Source of the DNA: Minisyncoccota bacterium
GTDB taxonomy: Bacteria > Patescibacteriota > Minisyncoccia > Moranbacterales > GCA-2747515
NCBI GenBank assembly: GCA_020629675.1
Contig: JAHDCW010000003.1
Location: 19,924-55,397 of the forward strand
DNA length: 35,474 nucleotides
Direction: 5' to 3'
Both the position numbers and the translations under genes were made by a program. Below the pieces are notes generated by a model. That model was not told the DNA's origin and searched no databases. It saw only the letters and a program-made list of their open reading frames with translations. Below, piece by piece: positions 8,321 through 17,126 of this stretch (position 1 is its first letter; every line of letters begins with the position of its first letter).

Positions 8321-9031
8321 ATGAATGACAAAGAAATGAAATGTATCATTATGGCAGCAGGGCGAGGAACGCGGATGGGGTCGCTTTGTGATGACTGTCC
8401 TAAGCCGATGTTACCTCTTTTGGGTGTGCCAAAATTAGAGCATACTTTTGCTGTGTTACCAGGGGTGGTTTCCGAAGTGATTTTTATTGTGGGGTATCTA
8501 CAGGATCAAATCAGAGACCATTTCGGGGGTGAGTATAGTAGTCTTCCTATTACATATATCGCACAGGAATGCTTGGATGGTACTGGTGGTGCAGTTGCTC
8601 TCGCTAAAGATCTTGTAGGTGAAGAGCGTTTTCTCGTACTCAATGGGGATGATATTTACAAAAAGTCTGATCTCGAAGAGATGGTGCGTTATCCTTTTGC
8701 TGTACTTGGTCAAGAAACAGATGATGTGTCCCGCAGCGCAGCGCTCGTTTTTGATGCGGAAGGGGTTCTGGAGAAAATTGAAGAAGTGCCACATAAGCGT
8801 ACAGGTTCTGGTATTGTTAATACAGGAACCTACGTCCTCTCACCGCCGTATTTTGACTATCCACCTATTCCCAAGGCGCCAGGTAGCGATGAGTACGGTT
8901 TGCCGCAGACATTGATGTCAGTCCCCGATATCGACATTAAAGTTATATCGACGACATCTTGGTATCCTGTTGGGACGCCAGAGGAACTGGTGGAAGCGGA
9001 GCGTGTAATGAAATCGACTCTCGAAATTTAA
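8321..9031 (+). CDS. sugar-phosphate nucleotidyltransferase (GlmU N-terminal-like)
   Basis: MAAGRGTRM...PKPMLP, GTGGA, VLNGDD, VNTGTY motifs; no hexapeptide domain. Confidence 0.85.
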   Translation: MNDKEMKCIIMAAGRGTRMGSLCDDCPKPMLPLLGVPKLEHTFAVLPGVVSEVIFIVGYLQDQIRDHFGGEYSSLPITYIAQECLDGTGGAVALAKDLVGEERFLVLNGDDIYKKSDLEEMVRYPFAVLGQETDDVSRSAALVFDAEGVLEKIEEVPHKRTGSGIVNTGTYVLSPPYFDYPPIPKAPGSDEYGLPQTLMSVPDIDIKVISTTSWYPVGTPEELVEAERVMKSTLEI

Positions 9032-9040
9032 AAGAAGATT

Positions 9041-10075
9041 ATGAAAGAGCAGGAGCAAGTTAAGATTGTGACGATTGGTGGTGGTACGGGTCAATCACCG
9101 CTACTACAAGGACTCAAGCAGCATCCCTATGATATTACTGCAATTGTGACAATGGCGGATGATGGAGGGTCTACAGGTGTGCTCCGTGATGAGTTGGGTG
9201 TGTTGCCGCCAGGTGATGCTCAGAAATGTTTGGTGGCGCTGAGTGAATCTAGTGCGGAGATGCGCTCACTGATGGGTTATAGGTTTGAAGAGGGTCGCCT
9301 CGAGGGTCACAGTGTAGGCAATCTCTTTTTGAGTGCACTTGAAAAAGTGCATGGAAGTTTTTCCTCCGGTATAGCTCACGCAACAGACATTCTCAATGTC
9401 CGTGGTCGTGTTTTACCATCAAGTGAGGGAGATATGCGCCTTCAGATTACACTTAAAGATGGAACAGTTCTAAATGGTGAAAAACATCTCGATGACAATA
9501 AAAAAATGCGTAGCATTGGTATCGCTGAAGTGACGCTTGAAAAATCGGTGCGTGCCCATAAGGAGTCAGTAAAGGCGGTCGAAGAAGCTGATTATGTAAT
9601 TATTGGTCCTGGAGATATGTACGGTAGTCTGTTACCTAATTTGCTCGTACGAGGCATAGCGCAAGCAGTTAAAAAATCTCAAGCAACGGTCATCTTTATT
9701 GCGCCGCTGACAAATAAAAAAGGTCATTCTGAGAAGTATGTCGTAGATGATTATATTCGCACTTTTGAGAATTATATCGGGAAAGGTCGCATTAATTATG
9801 CTGTTGTTAACACTCAAAAACCAGCGAAGGCTGCACTTGCACTTTATGAAAAAATGGAGGGTGATGGCTCATTTGTAACCCTGGGGGATATAGATCGGGA
9901 TGTGCAATACCGCACATTGACGGGTGACTTTTTGAGTCGTAAAAAAGTGCAAAAGGTAAAGGGGGATAAAATTGCAGCAAAACGAGCCTTTATTCGCCAT
10001 GATGCAGAGAGGCTGGCGGGGGCGGTGGCGTATCTCATAGAATACAAAGGACAAGATCCATTTGATATACGATAA
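9041..10075 (+). CDS. yvcK: YvcK/GlmR (CofD-like) family protein
   Basis: IGGGTG, VTMADDGGSTGVLR, PPGD, GHSVGNL, IIGPG, RHD motifs. Confidence 0.88.
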   Translation: MKEQEQVKIVTIGGGTGQSPLLQGLKQHPYDITAIVTMADDGGSTGVLRDELGVLPPGDAQKCLVALSESSAEMRSLMGYRFEEGRLEGHSVGNLFLSALEKVHGSFSSGIAHATDILNVRGRVLPSSEGDMRLQITLKDGTVLNGEKHLDDNKKMRSIGIAEVTLEKSVRAHKESVKAVEEADYVIIGPGDMYGSLLPNLLVRGIAQAVKKSQATVIFIAPLTNKKGHSEKYVVDDYIRTFENYIGKGRINYAVVNTQKPAKAALALYEKMEGDGSFVTLGDIDRDVQYRTLTGDFLSRKKVQKVKGDKIAAKRAFIRHDAERLAGAVAYLIEYKGQDPFDIR

Positions 10076-10076
10076 T

Positions 10077-10721
10077 ATGACAACCAAAATATTCTTTGAT
10101 TTTGATGACGTGCTCTTTAATACGCAGAAATTCAAAGAAGATTTGGTGGATTGTTTTGATTCTCTGGGTGTTAAGCGTATCGTGCATGATGAGACATATC
10201 AACAAGCTCGTGCACGCGCCGGAGTTTTTAATTATCAGTTTGATCTCCACCTTTCATTATTGGAAGAACGTGGTTACAACGTGGGACAAGTACGAAGATC
10301 TGTAATGGATTTTTTAGCTTTGTCGCATCTTTATGTGTTTGATGATGTTGTGAAATGTTTTGCAGATTTAAAATCTCAAGGTTATGAGATTTACATCGTT
10401 TCTTTTGGTACGTTGGGGTGGCAGGATATAAAGATTGCGCACAGCGGAATAAGCGAGTGTGTGCAGGAGGTTGTAACTGGCGAGATTGATAAAGGAATAG
10501 AAATTGCTACACGCTCTACTGATAAGGACATTGTTTGGTTTGTTGACGATCGCGTGGATTATTTGGAGCAGGTAAAGTGTCATGTACCAGCAGTGCGTGC
10601 TCTACTTATGAAGCGTCCAGAAGGTCGGTTTGATGATATGTCTCGCGATTATTGTGAGGTCTCAAGTATTAATGAGGTTTCGGGTATTATCGGACGTGCA
10701 ATCAAAGAAATCAGTCAGTAA
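10077..10721 (+). CDS. HAD-superfamily hydrolase
   Basis: FDFDDVLFNT motif I and FVDDR motif IV; start reassigned to ATG 10077. Confidence 0.8.
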   Translation: MTTKIFFDFDDVLFNTQKFKEDLVDCFDSLGVKRIVHDETYQQARARAGVFNYQFDLHLSLLEERGYNVGQVRRSVMDFLALSHLYVFDDVVKCFADLKSQGYEIYIVSFGTLGWQDIKIAHSGISECVQEVVTGEIDKGIEIATRSTDKDIVWFVDDRVDYLEQVKCHVPAVRALLMKRPEGRFDDMSRDYCEVSSINEVSGIIGRAIKEISQ

Positions 10722-10849
10722 AAGATGCAAAGCTGACGAACTGGTGAGAGCTAATGTTTCTTTGAATACTAGAGAGAGGGTAATTTTTTTAAATCTCGCC
10801 AAATCCGTCACAGTAGGGTAGAATATTCTATTATTGTTAAAACTATATT

Positions 10850-11683
10850 ATGAATGCACAACTTTTAAATGGCGCGGAGTTAGCGATTGAGCAGCAGGAG
10901 GCGCTCAAGGCGCGATTGGTGGAAATAGACCAAGTTCCATCATTTGCAGCTGTGTTGGTGGGTGATGATCCAGCATCGCATCTCTACGTCTCACTTAAAG
11001 AAAAAGCTGCTAAGAAGGTGGGGATTGATTTTCATAAATACCTTTTTCCAGTAGATATTTCTCAAGAGGATCTCGTGGGGGGTATCTCATTTCTACGAGA
11101 AGATGATGATGTTGACGGGATTGTGATTCAGATGCCGCTGCCTCCACATCTAGATCCTGATGTGTTGATAGATGAAATGGGAGCAGAAAAGGATGTTGAT
11201 GGGTTTCATCCAGATAATATCAACCTCTTTAATGAGGGCGCATCAGATGCTTTGTGGCCCGTTTTCCCTAAAGCTATGATTGATCTGGCGCTTAGTAGTG
11301 ATGTGGTTCTATCCGGAAAAAGGGCTGTCATCATCGGGAAGTCAGATCTTTTTCTAGAAGCAATGCAATCTGCATGTAATCGCGTAGGCCTCAGTGTGAC
11401 GATGATCACAGGAGAGCAGGTCGATGCGGAGGTGGGTATGATTCGTGAGGCTGATGTTGTATTTAGTGCGTGCGGCATTCCTGGACTGATTAAGGGTGGT
11501 CACATAAAAGAAGGTGCAATCATTGTGGATGGAGGGATCTCAAAAGTTGATGGAAAGACAGTGGGTGATGTTGATTCCGCTTCTGCTGTTAAAAAGGCAG
11601 GTTTTATTTCGCCTGTACCTGGGGGTGTAGGGCCTGTGACAGTTGTAAATCTTCTCGAAAACGTTATAAGAAAACGCTCTTAA
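10850..11683 (+). CDS. folD: methylenetetrahydrofolate dehydrogenase/cyclohydrolase (divergent)
   Basis: LVGDDPASHLYVSLK, QMPLP, KDVDGFH, PVPGGVGPVT motifs. Confidence 0.9.
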   Translation: MNAQLLNGAELAIEQQEALKARLVEIDQVPSFAAVLVGDDPASHLYVSLKEKAAKKVGIDFHKYLFPVDISQEDLVGGISFLREDDDVDGIVIQMPLPPHLDPDVLIDEMGAEKDVDGFHPDNINLFNEGASDALWPVFPKAMIDLALSSDVVLSGKRAVIIGKSDLFLEAMQSACNRVGLSVTMITGEQVDAEVGMIREADVVFSACGIPGLIKGGHIKEGAIIVDGGISKVDGKTVGDVDSASAVKKAGFISPVPGGVGPVTVVNLLENVIRKRS

Positions 11684-11803
11684 TGACAAAGCCGCTCTTG
11701 TGGACGGCTTAGTTGTGTTGCCATTTTTTAGGGTAGTATTTTTTTAAGGTCGTTCAAGAAAATTTCTCCAGATAAAAATGCTCCTAAAGAATTGATATTA
11801 GTG

Positions 11804-11887
11804 TGCCTCGGGAGAGACTCGAACTCTCACTGTATTGCTACAATTGGATTTTGAGTCCAACGCGTCTACCAGTTCCGCCACCGAGGC
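11804..11887 (-). tRNA. tRNA-Leu(CAA)
   Basis: GCCTCGG acceptor stem, TGGCGGAACTGGTAGACGC D-arm, TTGGA-CTCAAAA-TCCAA anticodon arm, long variable arm, GAGAG-TTCGAGT-CTCTC T-arm, discriminator A; CCA not encoded. Confidence 0.96.
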
Positions 11888-11904
11888 TTAAATGCAATAG
11901 ATCC

Positions 11905-11933
11905 AGGATATAATGATGCGGCTTCGTTGTCAA
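11905..11933 (-). promoter_or_regulatory. tRNA promoter
   Basis: TTGACA-17 nt-TATCCT on the minus strand just upstream of the tRNA. Confidence 0.7.
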
Positions 11934-11970
11934 TCATGATATACTGACTATACGTAACCAATAGGCAATC

Positions 11971-11979
11971 TGATATAAT
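11971..11979 (+). promoter_or_regulatory. extended -10 promoter (probably leaderless transcript)
   Basis: TGATATAAT, 6 nt before ATG 11986. Confidence 0.65.
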
Positions 11980-11985
11980 AATTTT

Positions 11986-12144
11986 ATGGAAAAATACTTT
12001 ACTCCACAGGTAGAAGTTGAAAAAAGTGATCTTGAGCTTGGTAAGTGTAGTAATTGTGGTACTGAAGTGATATTAGATGAAGCGGAGGGTGAGTGTTATA
12101 GCTGCAGAGAAAACATAGATCAAGGGATGGATGAGGAGGAGTAG
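11986..12144 (+). CDS. 52-aa CxxC-x12-CxxC zinc-ribbon microprotein (not in ORF track)
   Basis: MEKYFTPQVEVEKSDLELGKCSNCGTEVILDEAEGECYSCRENIDQGMDEEE*, followed by two more in-frame TAG. Confidence 0.75.
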   Translation: MEKYFTPQVEVEKSDLELGKCSNCGTEVILDEAEGECYSCRENIDQGMDEEE

Positions 12145-12210
12145 TAGTAGTTATCTCTTTGGGTTAAGTGGAATTAAATTAAGTTTGTACACAAAAAAGT
12201 GATGTAAATT

Positions 12211-12972
12211 ATGTCAAAAATTATTTCATTTATAAATCAAAAAGGCGGTGTCGGCAAAACAACAAGCGCTGTAAATACAGCGACATATTTAGCATCGTTG
12301 GGAAAATTTGTCCTCTTGGTAGATTTAGATCCGCAAGGTAACGCGACATCCGGACTAGGGATTACATCAGAAAATATCCAAAGTTCTCTTTATGAGGCGA
12401 TGATTGATTATAGTGATGTGCGTCGCTCGATTATGCGTACGGACATGGAAGGTCTCAGTATCATCCCTGCAACTGGCGACCTCGCAGGTGCAAATGTGGA
12501 GCTTGTTGGAGAGGAGAATCGTGAGTATCGTCTTTACAATGTTTTACGACAGATCCGCACAGAATATGACTATATCATCATAGATTCACCGCCGAGTTTG
12601 GGATTACTGACTGTAAACGGTCTTGTTGCGAGTGATGCGGTTATTATCCCGGTACAGGCGGAGTACTACGCACTAGAAGGACTGGGTCAGCTTTTGGAGA
12701 CGATCGATTTGGTGCGGCAATCACTACAGCCGCAATTAGCCATCATGGGTGCAGTAATTACCATGTACGACAAGCGCAACCGCCTCGCACGGCAGGTGCT
12801 CAAAGAAATGCGTGAGCACTTCCCGGGTTACGTCTTTAAGGCTGTGATACCGCGCAGTGTGCGTGTCGCTGAAGCGCCGAGTTTTGGGCAGTCAATTGCG
12901 ACATTTGCATCTATGAATCCAGGCGCTAAAGCATACAAGGCGCTGGCAGCAGAAATCATCTCACACGGTTAA
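12211..12972 (+). CDS. parA: chromosome partitioning ATPase ParA/Soj
   Basis: NQKGGVGKTT deviant Walker A, DLDPQGN, IIDSPPSLG, EYYALEG, EAPSFG. Confidence 0.96.
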   Translation: MSKIISFINQKGGVGKTTSAVNTATYLASLGKFVLLVDLDPQGNATSGLGITSENIQSSLYEAMIDYSDVRRSIMRTDMEGLSIIPATGDLAGANVELVGEENREYRLYNVLRQIRTEYDYIIIDSPPSLGLLTVNGLVASDAVIIPVQAEYYALEGLGQLLETIDLVRQSLQPQLAIMGAVITMYDKRNRLARQVLKEMREHFPGYVFKAVIPRSVRVAEAPSFGQSIATFASMNPGAKAYKALAAEIISHG

Positions 12973-12983
12973 AAATACAAAAT

Positions 12984-14027
12984 ATGGCACAAAAGAATGG
13001 ACTCGGGCGCGGCCTCTCATCGCTTATTCCTCAAAAACCAACAGAAGAAGCTAAAAAAGATCCGAACTTTGTAGGAGTGAAGGATGCGTGGGGTGCTGCG
13101 CCGAAAAAAGAAAAAGACAAAGCAGACGACGTTGCAAAGGCACAGGTGAAGCAGCCAGTTGCTAAACCTCAAGCTCAAGAAGTGATGAAAGCTGGGGTTG
13201 GTCGCAAAGAATTGGCAGTGCGAGGTGTGCCTGTGGGTAAAGTGGTCCAAAATACGCAACAGCCGCGATATTATTTTGATGACGAGAAACTGCAGGAGCT
13301 GTCAGCCTCTATTAAGGAGCATGGAATTTTGCAACCGCTGGTAGTTGTGCGCAGCGGTGATGGCTACGAGCTTATCTCAGGAGAGCGCCGCTTACGTGCA
13401 GCTAAAAAGGCTGGTCTTACCAAAGTGCCTGTAATTGTGCGCGGTAAGATGACAGAGCAAAAAAAGCTTGAGCTTGCAATTATCGAGAATGTGCAACGAC
13501 ATGACCTCAATGTAATCGAGGAGGGGAAATCATATAAAAAACTAGCGGATGAGTTTGGTTTATCGCAAGAGGAGATTGCAAAGCGCACTGGTAAAAGCCG
13601 ACCGCTAGTTGCTAATCGCATGCGCCTTGCGGGATTGCCGATTGTAGTGCAAAAAGCTCTCATCACAGCCAAGATTACCGAAGGTCATGCAAAAGCGATC
13701 TTGTCATTTGATAACAAAGAAAAGCAGCGGGCTCTTTTTGATGAGATCCTCTCAAAAAAATTGACGGTACGTGAAGCAGAAAGGCGTGTGCAAGAAATTC
13801 GCGGAGGAGAGGGAGAGACGCTTAATGCTGATGGTACTCTTGTGAAAAGTCATGTGCGGGCGAGTATGAAAATCACACCAGAAGACAAGCGGCTTTCTGA
13901 CCAGCTCTCGACGCACTTTGGTACTAAGGCAGAAGTAAAAACCAAGGGGGAGGGTGGTATGTTGACATTGCATTATTTCTCAGATGAAGAAAAGAGTGCT
14001 CTACTTGAAAGGTTGGACTGTAAGTGA
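12984..14027 (+). CDS. parB: chromosome partitioning protein ParB/Spo0J
   Basis: GLGRGLSSLI N-terminal peptide, QPR, GERRLRA, IENVQRHDLN, HTH. Confidence 0.95.
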   Translation: MAQKNGLGRGLSSLIPQKPTEEAKKDPNFVGVKDAWGAAPKKEKDKADDVAKAQVKQPVAKPQAQEVMKAGVGRKELAVRGVPVGKVVQNTQQPRYYFDDEKLQELSASIKEHGILQPLVVVRSGDGYELISGERRLRAAKKAGLTKVPVIVRGKMTEQKKLELAIIENVQRHDLNVIEEGKSYKKLADEFGLSQEEIAKRTGKSRPLVANRMRLAGLPIVVQKALITAKITEGHAKAILSFDNKEKQRALFDEILSKKLTVREAERRVQEIRGGEGETLNADGTLVKSHVRASMKITPEDKRLSDQLSTHFGTKAEVKTKGEGGMLTLHYFSDEEKSALLERLDCK

Positions 14028-14101
14028 TTAACGCTGTCATCCCTACGCTAAGAAGATGATTATTGCACTAGAAATGATCGTTTTAAATGGTGTGATTCGA
14101 G

Positions 14102-14132
14102 AAAAAAGACCTGGTAAAACCAGGTCTTTTTT
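14102..14132. terminator. bidirectional terminator
   Basis: AAAAAAGACCTGGT-AAA-ACCAGGTCTTTTTT, 14-bp perfect stem between parB and the CorA-family gene. Confidence 0.85.
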
Positions 14133-15040
14133 TAGAGCCATTTAATGAGTTTAAACATCACAATTGTTGAAAGAGAAATCATAACCATTACAGCGAGGTG
14201 GATGATGAATCCAAGAGGGTGATCTGAGAGTGGTGTTTTGACGTTGATACCTAGAACATTTGCGTAGAGGGTCATGGGTATGAAAATTGAAGAAAAGAGT
14301 GTAATAACACGCATCTTGTTATTAATCTTTTCACTGAGTAATGAGTTGTTTGTTTCCTCTAGCGAGCTGATCGTTTCCTTGGAACTTTCAAGCATGTTCC
14401 AGAGACGGATGTTAGTGCCGATCAAGTCTTGGTAATAAGGCTTGATATCTGGTGCAACCACATTGCCTGGTTGAGTAACGAGAGATTCCAAGATGGCACG
14501 TTGCGGCATGACTGTACGTCGGAAATTAAGGATGTCGCGCTTTACGATGCTTATTTCCCGCACCATCGCGCTTTCTTCACCGCTGAAGACACTTGCTTCT
14601 ATCTTGTCGATATTGCGTGTGATGTGATCAAGACGAGGAAAACATGAGTTGATCATCTCAGAAAGGATATTGTAGAGAAGGTGGGATGGCGTTTTATCCA
14701 TGTACATGCGTCTTTTTCCTTCTTTTTCTTGGAGCATGTCCATAAAGTTATCCATCTGAAAAATATCTTTACGGTGACCTGTGATAACATGTGTTGGTGT
14801 TAAAAGTATGTCAATTTCACCGGCATAAGTTGTGCGCTCCTTTGCGTCAAACAACGGGATGTGAATTGTCAAAAAGAGACAATTGCTATATTTGGTTGCA
14901 TGTGGTCGGTATGTAGGTGTAGAGAATTCCTCAATAGCAAGTGGATGGAGGTCAAAATTCTCTCTTAGGTACGCGATATCCTCGTCGCTTGGGTGCGGGA
15001 GGTCGACCCAGGTCATGTTTTTGTAGGTGACTTTTTTCAT
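14132..15040 (-). CDS. CorA/ZntB family divalent cation transporter
   Basis: WVDL, LHPLAIEE, NNKMRVIT, two C-terminal TM helices with GIN at the GMN position. Confidence 0.88.
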   Translation of the reverse strand: MKKVTYKNMTWVDLPHPSDEDIAYLRENFDLHPLAIEEFSTPTYRPHATKYSNCLFLTIHIPLFDAKERTTYAGEIDILLTPTHVITGHRKDIFQMDNFMDMLQEKEGKRRMYMDKTPSHLLYNILSEMINSCFPRLDHITRNIDKIEASVFSGEESAMVREISIVKRDILNFRRTVMPQRAILESLVTQPGNVVAPDIKPYYQDLIGTNIRLWNMLESSKETISSLEETNNSLLSEKINNKMRVITLFSSIFIPMTLYANVLGINVKTPLSDHPLGFIIHLAVMVMISLSTIVMFKLIKWL

Positions 15041-15056
15041 TTTTTGGTTTTTTATT

Positions 15057-15106
15057 ATTGTACCATATTCTTTTTTTGGCTGGGTGCATAAAAACCGTGA
15101 TATGAT
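15057..15106. promoter_or_regulatory. divergent extended -10 promoters
   Basis: TGGTACAAT on minus strand (15057-15065) and TGATATGAT on plus strand (15098-15106). Confidence 0.55.
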
Positions 15107-15125
15107 TTAATGATAGAAAAAAACA

Positions 15126-15671
15126 ATGCCTAAAAAAATTACCAAAAGCATCTTCGGTCTCCTCGTCTTTGCAATCGTGTTACTTTTGCAACATCAGTTT
15201 CATGACCATCCAAGTGTGGTTGCGCTTACAGAGCGAGGAGGATATCTCGGTGTAGCAGCTTTTACGTTTGTTAATAGCTTTAATTTTCTTGTGCCGATTG
15301 TTACGTCTACGCTTGTGCCTACATGGGCATCAGGAGGGCTCAACCCTATCGTGGTCGTGGGTATGATTGTTGTGATTATGACGGCAGTTGACATGTTTGG
15401 ATATGTCATTGGACGCTATGCACATCATAGTGTTAATCGGATTCGGCACGCTGCGATGTTTGAAAAAATTCGCCACCTCCGAGAACGTAGTCTTTTTTTG
15501 CCATATCTCATCCTAGGTTTTTGGGTGCTGTTGATGCCACTACCAAACGAAATAATCACGGGCATATTGGGAATTCTAGGTTGTAGGATCGCCCCGGTAT
15601 TTAGCGTTGTCTTTGTGGGTAATGTAGTTTTTCACTCTGTAGTTTCATATCTTGCATTTTCTGCTACATAA
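15126..15671 (+). CDS. membrane protein, VTT/DedA-like
   Basis: Hydrophobic; GYVIGR and PLPNE..G patterns reminiscent of the DedA/SNARE-associated family. Confidence 0.55.
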   Translation: MPKKITKSIFGLLVFAIVLLLQHQFHDHPSVVALTERGGYLGVAAFTFVNSFNFLVPIVTSTLVPTWASGGLNPIVVVGMIVVIMTAVDMFGYVIGRYAHHSVNRIRHAAMFEKIRHLRERSLFLPYLILGFWVLLMPLPNEIITGILGILGCRIAPVFSVVFVGNVVFHSVVSYLAFSAT

Positions 15672-15739
15672 GCAGTCTTGCAGATATTAATGTTTAATGT
15701 TATTTTAAGTGTCCGTACTTTATGAAAGGAAGATGATAA

Positions 15740-16321
15740 ATGCCTTTGCGTGCTAAAAGTAAAACTCACCAACCTCTTTTTTCAAAATTAAAAACTCAAA
15801 AAGCTCGTTCACTCATTGTTGTACAAATTGATGAGCATCGAGCTCTCATTCTTGAAGCTGGAGAATCCTCAATTACTATAAGTGGTAAAGAGTTATCTCT
15901 TATGTCTGATGAGAGGTATGAGTCAAACAGCCTCGGTTTGTACGAATTGGGTGAGAATCCCGTTCCTTGCTATATAATGGGAGATCTATCAAAACCTTTG
16001 GATGATACTATCTACTTATTTCCAGTTGGCTCTGAATTTTCCCTACACTTTGATGTGAGTTTTTTTGCCGAGTTGGATCTAAAAGGGAAATATGAAATTT
16101 TTTGGTCACAGATCAATGCTAGAAATACTATTTTTTGGATAGGTCGATGTGACTGTACTGGTTCATGGGCGATACTGGAACAGGGTGAAATGCAGAAATT
16201 CTTTTTTATTGCATTTGATGATCTAAGGCGTGATCTGACGACTGAACAGCGTCACTATCACGGTATAAACATCAAAAAGGTAGAGGATTTTTTTTCGGAA
16301 CTGGACGATTTGCCTTACTGA
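15740..16321 (+). CDS. hypothetical protein (ORFan-like)
   Basis: 193-aa AT-rich ORF with own promoter (TTGCAG-17-TATTTT at 15678-15706), AAGGA upstream and terminator downstream. Confidence 0.65.
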   Translation: MPLRAKSKTHQPLFSKLKTQKARSLIVVQIDEHRALILEAGESSITISGKELSLMSDERYESNSLGLYELGENPVPCYIMGDLSKPLDDTIYLFPVGSEFSLHFDVSFFAELDLKGKYEIFWSQINARNTIFWIGRCDCTGSWAILEQGEMQKFFFIAFDDLRRDLTTEQRHYHGINIKKVEDFFSELDDLPY

Positions 16322-16332
16322 GGGCTTATTGT

Positions 16333-16366
16333 AAAAACCTATTTTCTATTATGAGAATAGGTTTTT
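16333..16366. terminator. bidirectional terminator
   Basis: AAAAACCTATTTTC-TATTAT-GAGAATAGGTTTTT. Confidence 0.75.
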
Positions 16367-17126
16367 AATTTTTGATTTTATAGCCTGTGCGAAAGATATA
16401 GCTGAGAAGCCCAAAGCAAATCATCAAGAAAATGCTGATGAGAAGCGCGGAGATGAGAGGGTTGATCATAGCAATACCAAAGAAGCTCCAGCGTAGTCCC
16501 TCGATCATGTAGACAACGGGATTAGCGAGGCTGAGCGTTTGCCAAAATGGAGGAAGCATGTCGAGAGAGTAAAATACACCGCCCAAAAAGGAGAGGGGTG
16601 TCAGGATAATAACAGGGAATAGGGAAAGTTTTTCAAAACTATCTGCCCAAATACCAGTGATAAATCCAAAGAGAGAAAAACTAAACGCTGTCAGAAAAGC
16701 GAAAAAGAGCGCGATAAAAGGATGTTCGACAGGGATGGGTGTAAAAAACAGGGCGGTGATATAGATCAGTGCGCCGATAATGAGTGCACGTGTGGTGGCG
16801 GCGAGTGTGTAGCCAAGGGTTATTTCCGTGTAGGAGATAGGCGCGCTAAAGATTTCGTAGATTGTGCCGATAAAGCGTGGGAAGTAAATACCGCTTGAGG
16901 CTGCGCTCATACTGTTGGTAATGAGGCTCATCATGATGAGGCCTGGCACTATAAACTGCGCATAGCTAACTTCCAGATTAAAATCAACTTGCGAGCCAAT
17001 CGCGCTCCCAAACACGACGAAGTACAGTGCTGTCGTCATCACAGGTGAGATCAGCGTCTGGCCTGGCACGCGAAAAGTACGAGCCATTTCCTTGAAGTAG
17101 ATGGTGGCAAATCCTATTTTATTCAT
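16365..17126 (-). CDS. ABC-2 type transporter permease (YadH-like)
   Basis: QTLISPVMTTALYFVVFG, FIVPGLIMM, PLSFLGGVFYS, NPVVYMIEGLR; start set at MNKIGF. Confidence 0.9.
   Translation of the reverse strand: MNKIGFATIYFKEMARTFRVPGQTLISPVMTTALYFVVFGSAIGSQVDFNLEVSYAQFIVPGLIMMSLITNSMSAASSGIYFPRFIGTIYEIFSAPISYTEITLGYTLAATTRALIIGALIYITALFFTPIPVEHPFIALFFAFLTAFSFSLFGFITGIWADSFEKLSLFPVIILTPLSFLGGVFYSLDMLPPFWQTLSLANPVVYMIEGLRWSFFGIAMINPLISALLISIFLMICFGLLSYIFRTGYKIKN

Noticed and set aside
10722-10849. Folate-related (THF/ZTP) or fluoride riboswitch upstream of folD
   Set aside because: No recognisable consensus, and the likely -10 (TAGAAT, ~10819) leaves only a short leader
11804-11887. tRNA-Leu as an integration site for an island
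   Set aside because: No integrase and no duplicated tRNA 3' end seen; flanking genes are housekeeping
12145-14100. oriC or canonical parS near parAB
   Set aside because: No dnaA/dnaN, no DnaA-box cluster, no TGTTNCACGTGAAACA match found by eye, and no evident skew switch; the CACGTG palindrome at 25609 matches only the core
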